Assembly (NCBI GenBank): GCA_963796105.1 | Contig: CAWCKJ010000004.1 | Coordinates: 1,544,760 to 1,608,759, forward strand | DNA: 64,000 bases | From: a candidate division FCPU426 bacterium | GTDB taxonomy: Bacteria; Oederibacteriota; Muellerivitia; Muellerivitales; Muellerivitaceae | Reading direction: 5' to 3' | Shown here: positions 1-8,128 of the stretch, piece after piece | Layout of the letters: each line of letters opens with the position of its first letter | How positions within the stretch are numbered: the first letter of the stretch is position 1 | The notes under the pieces: model-generated | Seen by the model: the letters and a program-made list of their open reading frames with translations, nothing else | Databases searched by the model: none | What the model was told of the DNA's origin: nothing | Translations under genes and position numbers: made by a program

Positions 1-616
1 CCCGCCTTTCACGAAAAAGGGTTGGTACCGCCATGGAGAACACGAATACAACGAATGTGTCCATCAACCCATAGGCTGGCAACAACCAGTCCGGTTTGTG
101 GCGATGAGGACGCTGGATGAAAAAGCGCGGGAGAAACAATTGAGCCTTCCTGAAATGGAAGGATATGTCTACCGAATCTTCGCGACCAACTGTCTGGGAG
201 CACCCCATCGGGTGGTTGAGGAATACGACCTGCGCGCGGATGTGGAAAACCTGATTGGTGAGGCGCAACGGGAGGGGTTATTAGCAATTCCCTCTAAGAG
301 TTTCCAAAGCCACCATGCTTTTTTCCAGATCGTGATGCTGGCTTACAACCTCTGGAGGTGGATGAAACTAATGGTGGGCCATTGTGGAAAAGAAAAGCGA
401 CCGGGAAAGAAGCCACAGGAGAAGGAACAGATCACCATGCCGGACCATACCCTTCGGATCGCACGTTTGAAGATGCTCTTTGTAGCCGCCCGAATCCAGT
501 ATCACGGCCATCGGGATGTGGTGAGGTATTCAATCCATGATGATAGGACAGCGGGCCTATTGGGTTTCCTCAAATACCTTGATCGAAAACGATTGGAAAG
601 ACCCAGGGCGGCCTAG
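1..616 (+). CDS. IS1380-family DDE transposase, C-terminal part
   Basis: YDLRADVENLIGEAQ and LAYNLWRW motifs; same protein as the C-terminus of ORF 61196-62626. Confidence 0.92.
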   Translation, partial: PPFTKKGWYRHGEHEYNECVHQPIGWQQPVRFVAMRTLDEKAREKQLSLPEMEGYVYRIFATNCLGAPHRVVEEYDLRADVENLIGEAQREGLLAIPSKSFQSHHAFFQIVMLAYNLWRWMKLMVGHCGKEKRPGKKPQEKEQITMPDHTLRIARLKMLFVAARIQYHGHRDVVRYSIHDDRTAGLLGFLKYLDRKRLERPRAA

Positions 617-737
617 AAGTGGCTTGGTGCAAAAAATTCTTTGCACATAAGTTCACTTCTGATGAAAATGGCCACTGTCGGGTCCCGATTCAGGCCGATC
701 TGGCCACGGAATCGGTAAACTCGGTGCAAAATTCAGG
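1..737 (+). mobile_element. IS1380-family element, right-hand part (copy 1, runs off window start)
   Basis: Matches the reverse complement of 61075-61811 in length, ends and encoded protein. Ends in terminal IR GGTGCAAAATTCAGG (723-737), followed by AT-rich TAATA. Confidence 0.93.
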
Positions 738-759
738 TAATAATTAATGGAGAGTCGGC

Positions 760-873
760 ATGTACGAAGCTGAAACCAGAGCCGAACACATAGACCCGGC
801 GTTGAAAAATACCGGGTGGGGCGTTGTGGACGGCAGCCGCGTACTGCGGGAATACCAAATGACCGCAGGATAG
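760..873 (+). pseudogene. Truncated duplicate of the hsdR 5' end (37 aa)
   Basis: MYEAETRAEHIDPALKNTGWGVVDGSRVLREYQMTAG* vs MNEAETRAEHIDPALKNAGWGVVDGSRILREYQITPG at 2493. Confidence 0.9.
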
Positions 874-897
874 ACAAATGCCTAACACCCGGCCTCC

Positions 898-927
898 TTG
901 ACACCCCCCAAAGCCCTGATTTATAAT
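898..927 (+). promoter_or_regulatory. Sigma70 promoter for the AAA ATPase gene
   Basis: Exact TTGACA (898-903), 18-bp spacer, exact TATAAT (922-927), upstream of ATG 965. Confidence 0.75.
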
Positions 928-964
928 CCTTGAAAATTGAAAGGCAGGCTTACGGATTTCACGA

Positions 965-2131
965 ATGAAAAAATGGATCCCCAGACCCCGGCTTGAACAA
1001 GAATTGGCGCGTTCCCTCAAAACGTGGCGCGTCACCTGCCTATTGGGCCCCCGCCAATGCGGCAAAACCAGCGCGGCTAAGGCCGTCGCCGGGAAGGCCA
1101 AGGCCCATTATTTCGACCTGGAGGACCCCGACGATTTTGAGCGCCTTCAAAACGCGAAGGCCGTCCTTTCGCCCATCAAGGGCCTGGTGGTGCTGGATGA
1201 GGCCCAGCGCATGCCCCAGTTGTTTCCCGTCCTGCGGGTTTTGGCGGACCGCAAGCCCCTTGCGGCCAGGTTCCTGATCCTGGGCAGCGCCTCGCCTGAA
1301 CTGGTCAAGGGCGTGACCGAGTCGCTCGCGGGGCGGGTCCATTACATCGAAATGGAAGGCTTCCAACTTTCCGAGGTCGGCGTTCCGGGCATGGAAAGGC
1401 TTTGGGTCCGGGGCGGCTTTCCCGGTTCCTACCTGGCCGCCTCCTTGGCCCAGAGCCTTTCCTGGAGGGAAGATTACATCCGGAATTTCCTGGAACGGGA
1501 CATTCCCCAACTGCATATCCGCATACCCGCCCTGGCCCTCCGCCGTTTTTGGACCATGGTGGCCCACTACCACGGGCAGATTTGGAACGCCACGGAGATC
1601 GCGGGGTCCATGGGAATCAGCCATCCCACGGCCCGCCAGTACCTGGACCTTTTGACCGGGGCTTTCGCGATCCGGCAATTGGCCCCATTGGCGGTGAACC
1701 TCTCGAAGAGGCTGGTCAAGTCGCCCAAAATTTACATCCGCGACAGCGGAATTTTTCACGCCCTTCTCGCGGTGCCGGATATGGGAAGGCTCCAGTCCAA
1801 CCCGAAATACGGCGCCTCCTGGGAAGGTTTCGCCCTGGAGCATTTGCTGGCCATGGCGGGGGAAAGGCACGCGGCTTTCTGGTCCACCCATGGGGGGGCC
1901 GAGCTGGACCTGGTCATCGAAACGGCAAAAGGCCGGTTCGGCTTCGAGTTTAAGGCCGCCGGGAGCCCCGGAATGACCCGGTCCTTGCACGAGGCCTTGA
2001 AGGATTTGAAACCGAAACGCATTTGGGTGGTTCACCCGGGGGAGAAAGCCTACCCCCTTCATGAAAAAGTGGATGCTTTGCCGTTAAGCCAATTGGAAAC
2101 CCTAAGAAAAACGATCGGGGCCCAAACGTAA
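965..2131 (+). CDS. AAA_14 ATPase with DUF4143 domain (paralog 1)
   Basis: Walker A GPRQCGKT, Walker B LDEAQ, ESLAGR, KSPKIYIRDSG, C-terminal ELDLV..FEFK nuclease-like motif. Confidence 0.9.
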   Translation: MKKWIPRPRLEQELARSLKTWRVTCLLGPRQCGKTSAAKAVAGKAKAHYFDLEDPDDFERLQNAKAVLSPIKGLVVLDEAQRMPQLFPVLRVLADRKPLAARFLILGSASPELVKGVTESLAGRVHYIEMEGFQLSEVGVPGMERLWVRGGFPGSYLAASLAQSLSWREDYIRNFLERDIPQLHIRIPALALRRFWTMVAHYHGQIWNATEIAGSMGISHPTARQYLDLLTGAFAIRQLAPLAVNLSKRLVKSPKIYIRDSGIFHALLAVPDMGRLQSNPKYGASWEGFALEHLLAMAGERHAAFWSTHGGAELDLVIETAKGRFGFEFKAAGSPGMTRSLHEALKDLKPKRIWVVHPGEKAYPLHEKVDALPLSQLETLRKTIGAQT

Positions 2132-2175
2132 AGGCGCAAGAATCCGCCTGGGATAAAACCCAAGAAGGGCAAGCC

Positions 2176-2495
2176 ATGTACCGATTAATATTTTTAACAA
2201 TTCATGGGAATCGGCACTATGCCGGGCCGGTTCCCCTATGGAACCGGCACCATCAAAACGAGTGCCTCGGCCGGAAGCCTCGGCACAGATAGACTTCCTT
2301 ATAAAAATTTCCAATAGAAGGTCAGCATGTACCGATTAATATTTTCGATAATTCAAGGAAATCGGCACTATACCGGCCTCAGTATAAAAACTTCCATTAG
2401 AAGGTCAGCATGTACCGATTAATATTTTCGATAATTCAAGGAAATCGGCACTATACCGGCCTCAGTATAAAAACTTCCATTAGAAGGTCAGCATG
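2176..2495 (+). repeat. 83-bp tandem repeat (2 exact units plus 1 diverged upstream copy) abutting the hsdR start
   Basis: TAGAAGGTCAGCATG recurs with ATG at 2327, 2410 and 2493 (period 83). A diverged copy of the unit body starts at 2176. Confidence 0.95.
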
Positions 2496-4847
2496 AACGA
2501 AGCCGAGACCAGGGCCGAACACATAGACCCGGCGTTGAAAAACGCGGGGTGGGGCGTGGTGGACGGCAGCCGCATTTTGCGGGAATACCAAATTACTCCC
2601 GGGCGCATCGAGGGGGTGGGGAGACCCAATAAGCCTTCGATTGCCGATTATGTGTTGGTCTATCGAAACAACAAGATGGCCGTGGTGGAAGCCAAGGCTT
2701 GGGATGAGGAATTAACCGAAGGGGTTGGCCAGGCCAAGGCCTACGCGGACAAAATGGCTGTTCGGTTCGCCTATTCCACCAACGGCCAGGGCGTTTACCA
2801 GATCGACATGCAGACCGGCAAAGAGGGCAAGTTATCTGCTTTTCCAACGCCCGATCAGCTTTGGGCCGCGACTTTTTCCGAAGCGAACGCCTGGCGGGAC
2901 CGTTTCTCCGAAGTGCCTTATGAGGACAAAAGCGGCAGTCATCCATCGCGCTTTTACCAGGACATCGCCATTGACCGGGTGATGGAGGCTATCGCGGCAA
3001 AGAAAAACCGCATCCTGCTTACCCTGGCCACGGGAACGGGAAAGACCTTTATCGCATTCCAGATCGCCTGGAAACTTTTCCATAGCCGATGGAACCTGAG
3101 CGGCCAACCCACCCGCCGTCCCCGAATTCTTTTCCTCGCCGACCGCAACAACCTGGCCGACCAGGCCTATAACGCTTTTTCCGCGTTTGCCGAGGACGCA
3201 TTGGTTCGCATCAAGCCGGACGAGATCCGGAAAAAGGATCGGGTGCCGACTAACGGGAGCATCTTCTTCACGATTTTCCAAACTTTTATGAGCGGCCCGC
3301 CCAAGGAGGGGAAGCCGCCTGTCCCTCAAAGCCCAGCGGGCGTAGTGGGATCGCCCTATTTCGGCGATTACCCGAAAGATTTCTTCGATTTTATCGTGAT
3401 TGACGAGTGCCATCGCGGAGGGGCGAACGATGAAAGCAATTGGCGCGGCATCATGGAATATTTTTCCCCGGCCGTGCAGTTGGGCCTCACGGCTACACCC
3501 AAGCGCCAGGAGAACGCGGATACCTACGCCTATTTCGGCGAACCGGTTTATATCTATTCCCTGAAGGAAGGCATCAACGATGGGTTCCTCACACCCTTCA
3601 AGGTGCGGCAGATATCCACGACATTGGATGAATATGTCTATACCCAGGACGATAACGTTGTTGAGGGTGAAATCGAGGCGGGCAAAAGGTACACCGAGCC
3701 CGACTTCAACCGGATCATCGAAATCAAGGAACGCGAAGCCTACCGGGTGAAACTGTTCATGGACCAGATCAACCAGAACGAGAAAACCCTGGTCTTTTGC
3801 GCCACGCAAGCCCACGCTTTGGCGGTTAGGGACCTGGTCAATCAGATGAAGACCAGCACAGATCCCAACTATTGCCAAAGGGTCACGGCCGATGAGGGGG
3901 AACTTGGAAACCAGTACTTGCGGGATTTCCAGGACAACGAAAAGACCATCCCGACCATTTTGACCACTTCCCAGAAGCTCTCCACCGGGGTGGATGCCCG
4001 CAACGTGCGCAATATCGTGCTGATGAGGCCGATCAATTCCATGATCGAGTTCAAGCAGATCATCGGCCGGGGGACCCGCCTTTATGACGGCAAGTATTAC
4101 TTCACGGTTTACGACTTCGTGAAGGCCCACCACCACTTTAACGACCCGGAATGGGACGGGGAACCACTGGAGCCGGAACCGAAAGAGCCGAAATACAAGG
4201 ATGATCATCATCACCCGGGGGCGAGTGAAAAAAAGGCTGAACATGATAGACCGCAAAGAGTCAAAATAAAACTCGCCGATGGGAAAGCCCGTACCATCCA
4301 ATCAATGATGGTCACGAGTTTCTGGCATCCCGACGGGACTCCCATGAGCGCCCAACAATTCATGGAATTGCTATTCGGGAAATTACCAGGATTTTTCAAG
4401 AACGAGGCAGAGCTTCGCGCGATTTGGAGCGCGCCGGACACGCGCCAGGGATTATTAGAAGGTCTTTCCGAGAAAGGTTTCGGGAAGGATCAACTTACCG
4501 AGATGCAAAAGATCATTGACGCGGAAAAGAGCGACTTATTTGATGTATTGGCTCACGTAGCTTATGCTTTGGCGCCCTTGACCCGCGAGGAACGAGCCCA
4601 AAAGGCAAAACCCCAGATCAGCGCCCAATTCAACGCCCACCAGCAGGCTTTCCTTGATTTCGTGCTCGACCATTATGTAAATGATGGGGTGGAAGAGTTG
4701 GAAACCTCGAAGCTGACGCCTCTTCTTCGCCTCAAGTACCACAATGCTCTTCAAGACGCCTTGGCTGACCTAGGCCCAGCCGAAACAATCAATAAAATGT
4801 TCTTCGGCTTCCAGAAGTACCTTTACCAACCTGTAACATCGAACTGA
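2493..4847 (+). CDS. hsdR: Type I restriction enzyme R subunit (EcoAI/EcoEI-like)
   Basis: ADY..VVEAK nuclease motif, LATGTGKT, IDECHR, QIIGRGTR, C-terminal EKSDLFDVL region. Confidence 0.93.
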   Translation: MNEAETRAEHIDPALKNAGWGVVDGSRILREYQITPGRIEGVGRPNKPSIADYVLVYRNNKMAVVEAKAWDEELTEGVGQAKAYADKMAVRFAYSTNGQGVYQIDMQTGKEGKLSAFPTPDQLWAATFSEANAWRDRFSEVPYEDKSGSHPSRFYQDIAIDRVMEAIAAKKNRILLTLATGTGKTFIAFQIAWKLFHSRWNLSGQPTRRPRILFLADRNNLADQAYNAFSAFAEDALVRIKPDEIRKKDRVPTNGSIFFTIFQTFMSGPPKEGKPPVPQSPAGVVGSPYFGDYPKDFFDFIVIDECHRGGANDESNWRGIMEYFSPAVQLGLTATPKRQENADTYAYFGEPVYIYSLKEGINDGFLTPFKVRQISTTLDEYVYTQDDNVVEGEIEAGKRYTEPDFNRIIEIKEREAYRVKLFMDQINQNEKTLVFCATQAHALAVRDLVNQMKTSTDPNYCQRVTADEGELGNQYLRDFQDNEKTIPTILTTSQKLSTGVDARNVRNIVLMRPINSMIEFKQIIGRGTRLYDGKYYFTVYDFVKAHHHFNDPEWDGEPLEPEPKEPKYKDDHHHPGASEKKAEHDRPQRVKIKLADGKARTIQSMMVTSFWHPDGTPMSAQQFMELLFGKLPGFFKNEAELRAIWSAPDTRQGLLEGLSEKGFGKDQLTEMQKIIDAEKSDLFDVLAHVAYALAPLTREERAQKAKPQISAQFNAHQQAFLDFVLDHYVNDGVEELETSKLTPLLRLKYHNALQDALADLGPAETINKMFFGFQKYLYQPVTSN

Positions 4848-5105
4848 AAAAAACCTAGTCCGAACTTGACCCAAATATCCTATGTCCGGAATTGTTCCGA
4901 TATTTGTGTCTGAAATGGGAACTTATGGCCAATTAAGGCCATTATTAAAAAATATGGTGGTATTGTCTTTTGGGTTGGGGGGTTATAATTTTAGTGAAAG
5001 AGCGTTAATAATATAGACGTCAAAAAAGACGATGCTATACTCACCCCCTTAAATTCAAGTTAAGTTCGCGAGTTCATTGCCGTTAGGGAATACAGGAGTT
5101 GCCTT

Positions 5106-5582
5106 ATGACCCGCTACCCATTGTTCTTTACCTACAGCTTTACGATTCCCGGGAATAATTTTTTGGCCACCATCAGAATATCGAATGGACAGGCTCTGAT
5201 GGTCCAAGACGAGGATGAGTGGTGGATGTACGGTGTTTGCCCCGGTTCTATCTCCGACGGCGGCGCTACGCCCCAAGAAGCTTATTTAAAATTCTGCGAT
5301 ACCTTCAAACAGATTCTGGAAGATATCGCTTTTGATAAACACGATTTTCAGTCGTTTGAATCGGAAGTTAAAAGCTTTGTCCTGGCCGCGGATGCCAGCG
5401 AGCAAAAAGAGTGGTTAAACGCCCGGGAGTCGATACGTTCAGGACAAATACAGCCGGAGGGCCCATTTAAGGATTTAAAGCGCATTACGACCGATCCTGG
5501 CGTAATGGTTACGGTGTCGTGCCTAGACGTTAAAAAATCTTTTGAAGTTGCGGCCGATAACCAATTAGCTGCCGCGGCTTGA
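5106..5582 (+). CDS. Putative divergent HicB-like antitoxin
   Basis: WWMYGVCPGSISDGGATPQEAYLKF resembles the HicB G-x-T-x-E-E-A signature; lies directly upstream of a HicA-like ORF. Confidence 0.5.
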   Translation: MTRYPLFFTYSFTIPGNNFLATIRISNGQALMVQDEDEWWMYGVCPGSISDGGATPQEAYLKFCDTFKQILEDIAFDKHDFQSFESEVKSFVLAADASEQKEWLNARESIRSGQIQPEGPFKDLKRITTDPGVMVTVSCLDVKKSFEVAADNQLAAAA

Positions 5583-5583
5583 G

Positions 5584-5859
5584 TTGACCTCGACTGGTCA
5601 ATGCCGCCTAAGCATTATCAGGGAAATGCTGGAACATTGCGTCCCGGGTTCTCATTTGGAGTTAAAAAAACATCATTATTGGGTTTATTGCCCTGGAAAA
5701 GAAATTTTCAGGGATTTGCCCAAGGGGGAACATGGTGCGCAAGACCCGGAAATCCAAATGGGAAAAATCAAGAAAATGGTCCGGTTTCTTGGGATAGAAG
5801 AATGCGCATCCGGTTTTATCCCGGGAATAAAGTTCAAGCAAACCGCATCGGAAGGTTAA
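5584..5859 (+). CDS. Putative divergent HicA-like toxin
   Basis: 91 aa; KKHHYW..LPKGEH..EIQMGKIKKMVRFLGI follows the HicA pattern. TTG start 1 bp after the upstream stop. Confidence 0.5.
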   Translation: MTSTGQCRLSIIREMLEHCVPGSHLELKKHHYWVYCPGKEIFRDLPKGEHGAQDPEIQMGKIKKMVRFLGIEECASGFIPGIKFKQTASEG

Positions 5860-5894
5860 CCACATGAGTATTTCCAGGGAAGAAAATTAACACT

Positions 5895-6500
5895 ATGGCT
5901 ACCCCGTTCCAATACCGGAAAATCACCCAAGCGATAAATTTTTTCGCTGAAAAAGAAAATAATAAAACCATCAACGTCACAAAAGTCGTAAAACTCCTCT
6001 GGGCCGCCGATCGATATCACTTACGTAAATACGGAAGATTATTAACTTGCGATAATTACGTCGCGATGGAAAGGGGCCCGGTGGGTTCAACGGTTAAAGA
6101 CATCGCGGAAGAAAGCAATTTTTTACCCGCCGGCATTGATTCATATTCGACCAAATACCTGAAGCCTAGGCAATATGTGACCCAGTCATGCCGTGAAGCC
6201 GATATGAAAGTGTTTTCACAAACTGATATTGAAGCTTTGGAATTTGCCAATACTAATTTTGGCTCCATGTCCCAAAGCGAATTAACGCATTTATCACATC
6301 AATATCCGGAATGGAAAAGATTCGAGGGGAAATTAAAGTCCAAAGCTAGTTTGAAAGAAGATATCGACTTCCTTGATTTCTTTCTCGATCCAAACCCTGA
6401 AAACGTCCCGGACGATAAATTCAAAATGGATGACGAGCTTTTAGCTTTAAGCAAGGATATTTTCTCTGAAGAGACTGAAATTACGGGTTTGCTTTCTTGA
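5895..6500 (+). CDS. Panacea-domain (DUF4065/SocA-like) antitoxin
   Basis: KLLWAADRYHL..GRLLT.DNYVAMERGPV..LSH..PEW: GPV and H..PW motifs of DUF4065. Confidence 0.85.
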   Translation: MATPFQYRKITQAINFFAEKENNKTINVTKVVKLLWAADRYHLRKYGRLLTCDNYVAMERGPVGSTVKDIAEESNFLPAGIDSYSTKYLKPRQYVTQSCREADMKVFSQTDIEALEFANTNFGSMSQSELTHLSHQYPEWKRFEGKLKSKASLKEDIDFLDFFLDPNPENVPDDKFKMDDELLALSKDIFSEETEITGLLS

Positions 6501-6506
6501 AAAATC

Positions 6507-6941
6507 ATGACACTTACACCGGAAGAATTAAATGATTATATTTTTCCAGGTTCCGTACTTCGCTTAAGCAATTCCAATACCTTTTCCGTAGAACCCCATT
6601 ACCATATCATCCTGAATAAAAATCCGCTAACTGATCCGGACATAGTCATGGTTATTGCTTCGACCAACATCGAGGGAAGATTGCGGCATGCGCAAAAAAC
6701 AGGCAAGGCTCCATCGACATTGTTGATTTTTGAAAATAAAGATTGTTCTTTTTTAAGCGAGGAATCTATTTTTGATTGTAATTCGCCCTCCGCCATTTCC
6801 TTGAGCGCCCTTTATGACAAATATAATTGTGGGGAATGGACAATTAAGAATAAATTTTCAGTGTCACCTGAGATATTGGAGAAATTTAGAAATGCGGTTC
6901 GGCTTAGCGCTGCTGCGGCCTATTTTAAGGAATTGCTTTAA
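6507..6941 (+). CDS. Putative PanT toxin, PemK/MazF-like fold
   Basis: 6 bp after the Panacea gene; PGSV..PHYHIIL..VIAST..FLSEESIFDCN pattern resembles PemK-like proteins. Confidence 0.5.
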   Translation: MTLTPEELNDYIFPGSVLRLSNSNTFSVEPHYHIILNKNPLTDPDIVMVIASTNIEGRLRHAQKTGKAPSTLLIFENKDCSFLSEESIFDCNSPSAISLSALYDKYNCGEWTIKNKFSVSPEILEKFRNAVRLSAAAAYFKELL

Positions 6942-7025
6942 GGGCGAAATGCCATGGTTTCGGGCCTCAATTTCATTGGAAAGTATTCCTGAAGCAGTTA
7001 AAACCTCTTAAGCACCGGTTGTAAT

Positions 7026-7673
7026 TCAATGCAATAGATCGGTCAATTGATTGAGGGAATCCACCAGCCAATCGGGATGAAGAGAAACCAGCTTTTCCTT
7101 GGGAACAAATCCATGGGCCACCAGTCCCACCCTCAAACCTGCGGCGCGGGCCGCCTCTAGGTCCACAGACGAATCACCGATCATCACCGCCTCTTCCTGG
7201 GTTACTCCCAATTTTTTCAATACTTTTAGCAAGGGGTCCGGGTTGGGTTTCTTATTCTGGGTAGCGTCCGCCCCCAGTACCGCCGTAAAGAAATGAAACA
7301 AGCCCAGTTTTTGAAGGGTTAATTGGGTGAGCTCATGGGGTTTGTTGGAAACCAGCCCCAGCTTTATCCCCCGGCTCACCAGCGATTCCAGCAATTCCCT
7401 GGTGCCCGGAAATACGATGGTTTGATCCACGCAATGCACCTTGTAATGATCCCCGAGGACCTTCAACCCTTCCGCGAGAATGGCGGGGTCCTCCGTGCCA
7501 AGCGCTTTCTTGTTCAAGTGCTCGACGCCCCAGCCGATGTAGCCCACCAGTGTTTCCAAATCCAGGGGAACCATACCGAAATGCAGGCGCGCGGCGTTCG
7601 CGGCGGCGGCGATGTCTTTTTTTGAGTCAATGAGGGTTCCATCCAGATCAAACAGTACCGCTTTGAGTTTCAT
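7026..7673 (-). CDS. HAD-family phosphoglycolate phosphatase-like hydrolase
   Basis: FDLDGTLIDS, SNK, KKPNP and IGDS..D motifs. Confidence 0.9.
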   Translation of the reverse strand: MKLKAVLFDLDGTLIDSKKDIAAAANAARLHFGMVPLDLETLVGYIGWGVEHLNKKALGTEDPAILAEGLKVLGDHYKVHCVDQTIVFPGTRELLESLVSRGIKLGLVSNKPHELTQLTLQKLGLFHFFTAVLGADATQNKKPNPDPLLKVLKKLGVTQEEAVMIGDSSVDLEAARAAGLRVGLVAHGFVPKEKLVSLHPDWLVDSLNQLTDLLH

Positions 7674-8128
7674 TTATAGGCCCTTTCATTTTTGAAATAC
7701 TTTATAGACCGATGATTTATAACAACAAAAATATTAAATTTCACCACAGGTTCTTTCAGAACCACAAAGGCACAGTAGGGAAAAGCCTAATGTTTTAAAG
7801 ACTTAAACCCAACGAAGACTTACTTCGGTGCGAAACCCCACTGTTTAAAAAAGCAATTTAGTGAGGACCTCATAAATAATTATATGGTGATTCCATGCAT
7901 GGCAACCTAAGTTCTTGGATTAAATGTTACAACTTCATCTCACCACAGGGACTCAGGGTCTCAGCTAAAAACTACTAACTTTCACCACGGCTGTGCTCTT
8001 GGCGCGATCTAAATATCACAAAGTGGGGTATTGTCAAAGGCCGGGGTCGTTGTAGTTTTCGAGGGGCCTGCTAAAATAACGGCTCTGTTCGAGTTGTGTT
8101 GAATAACGCGTTAAACAGGAAAATCGCC

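Noticed and set aside
2315..2495. 83-bp repeat as CRISPR or integron attC sites
   Set aside because: The units are identical with no unique spacers, I saw no attC core boxes, and there is no integrase.
2832..4301. Long antisense ORFs (also 1040-2062, 36585-37619, 38140-39084 and others)
   Set aside because: They are shadows of GC-rich real genes and have no recognisable motifs.
5500..5600. tmRNA gene suggested by the tag-like peptide
   Set aside because: No tRNA-like 5' or 3' ends are nearby; the peptide is the end of a 158-aa ORF.
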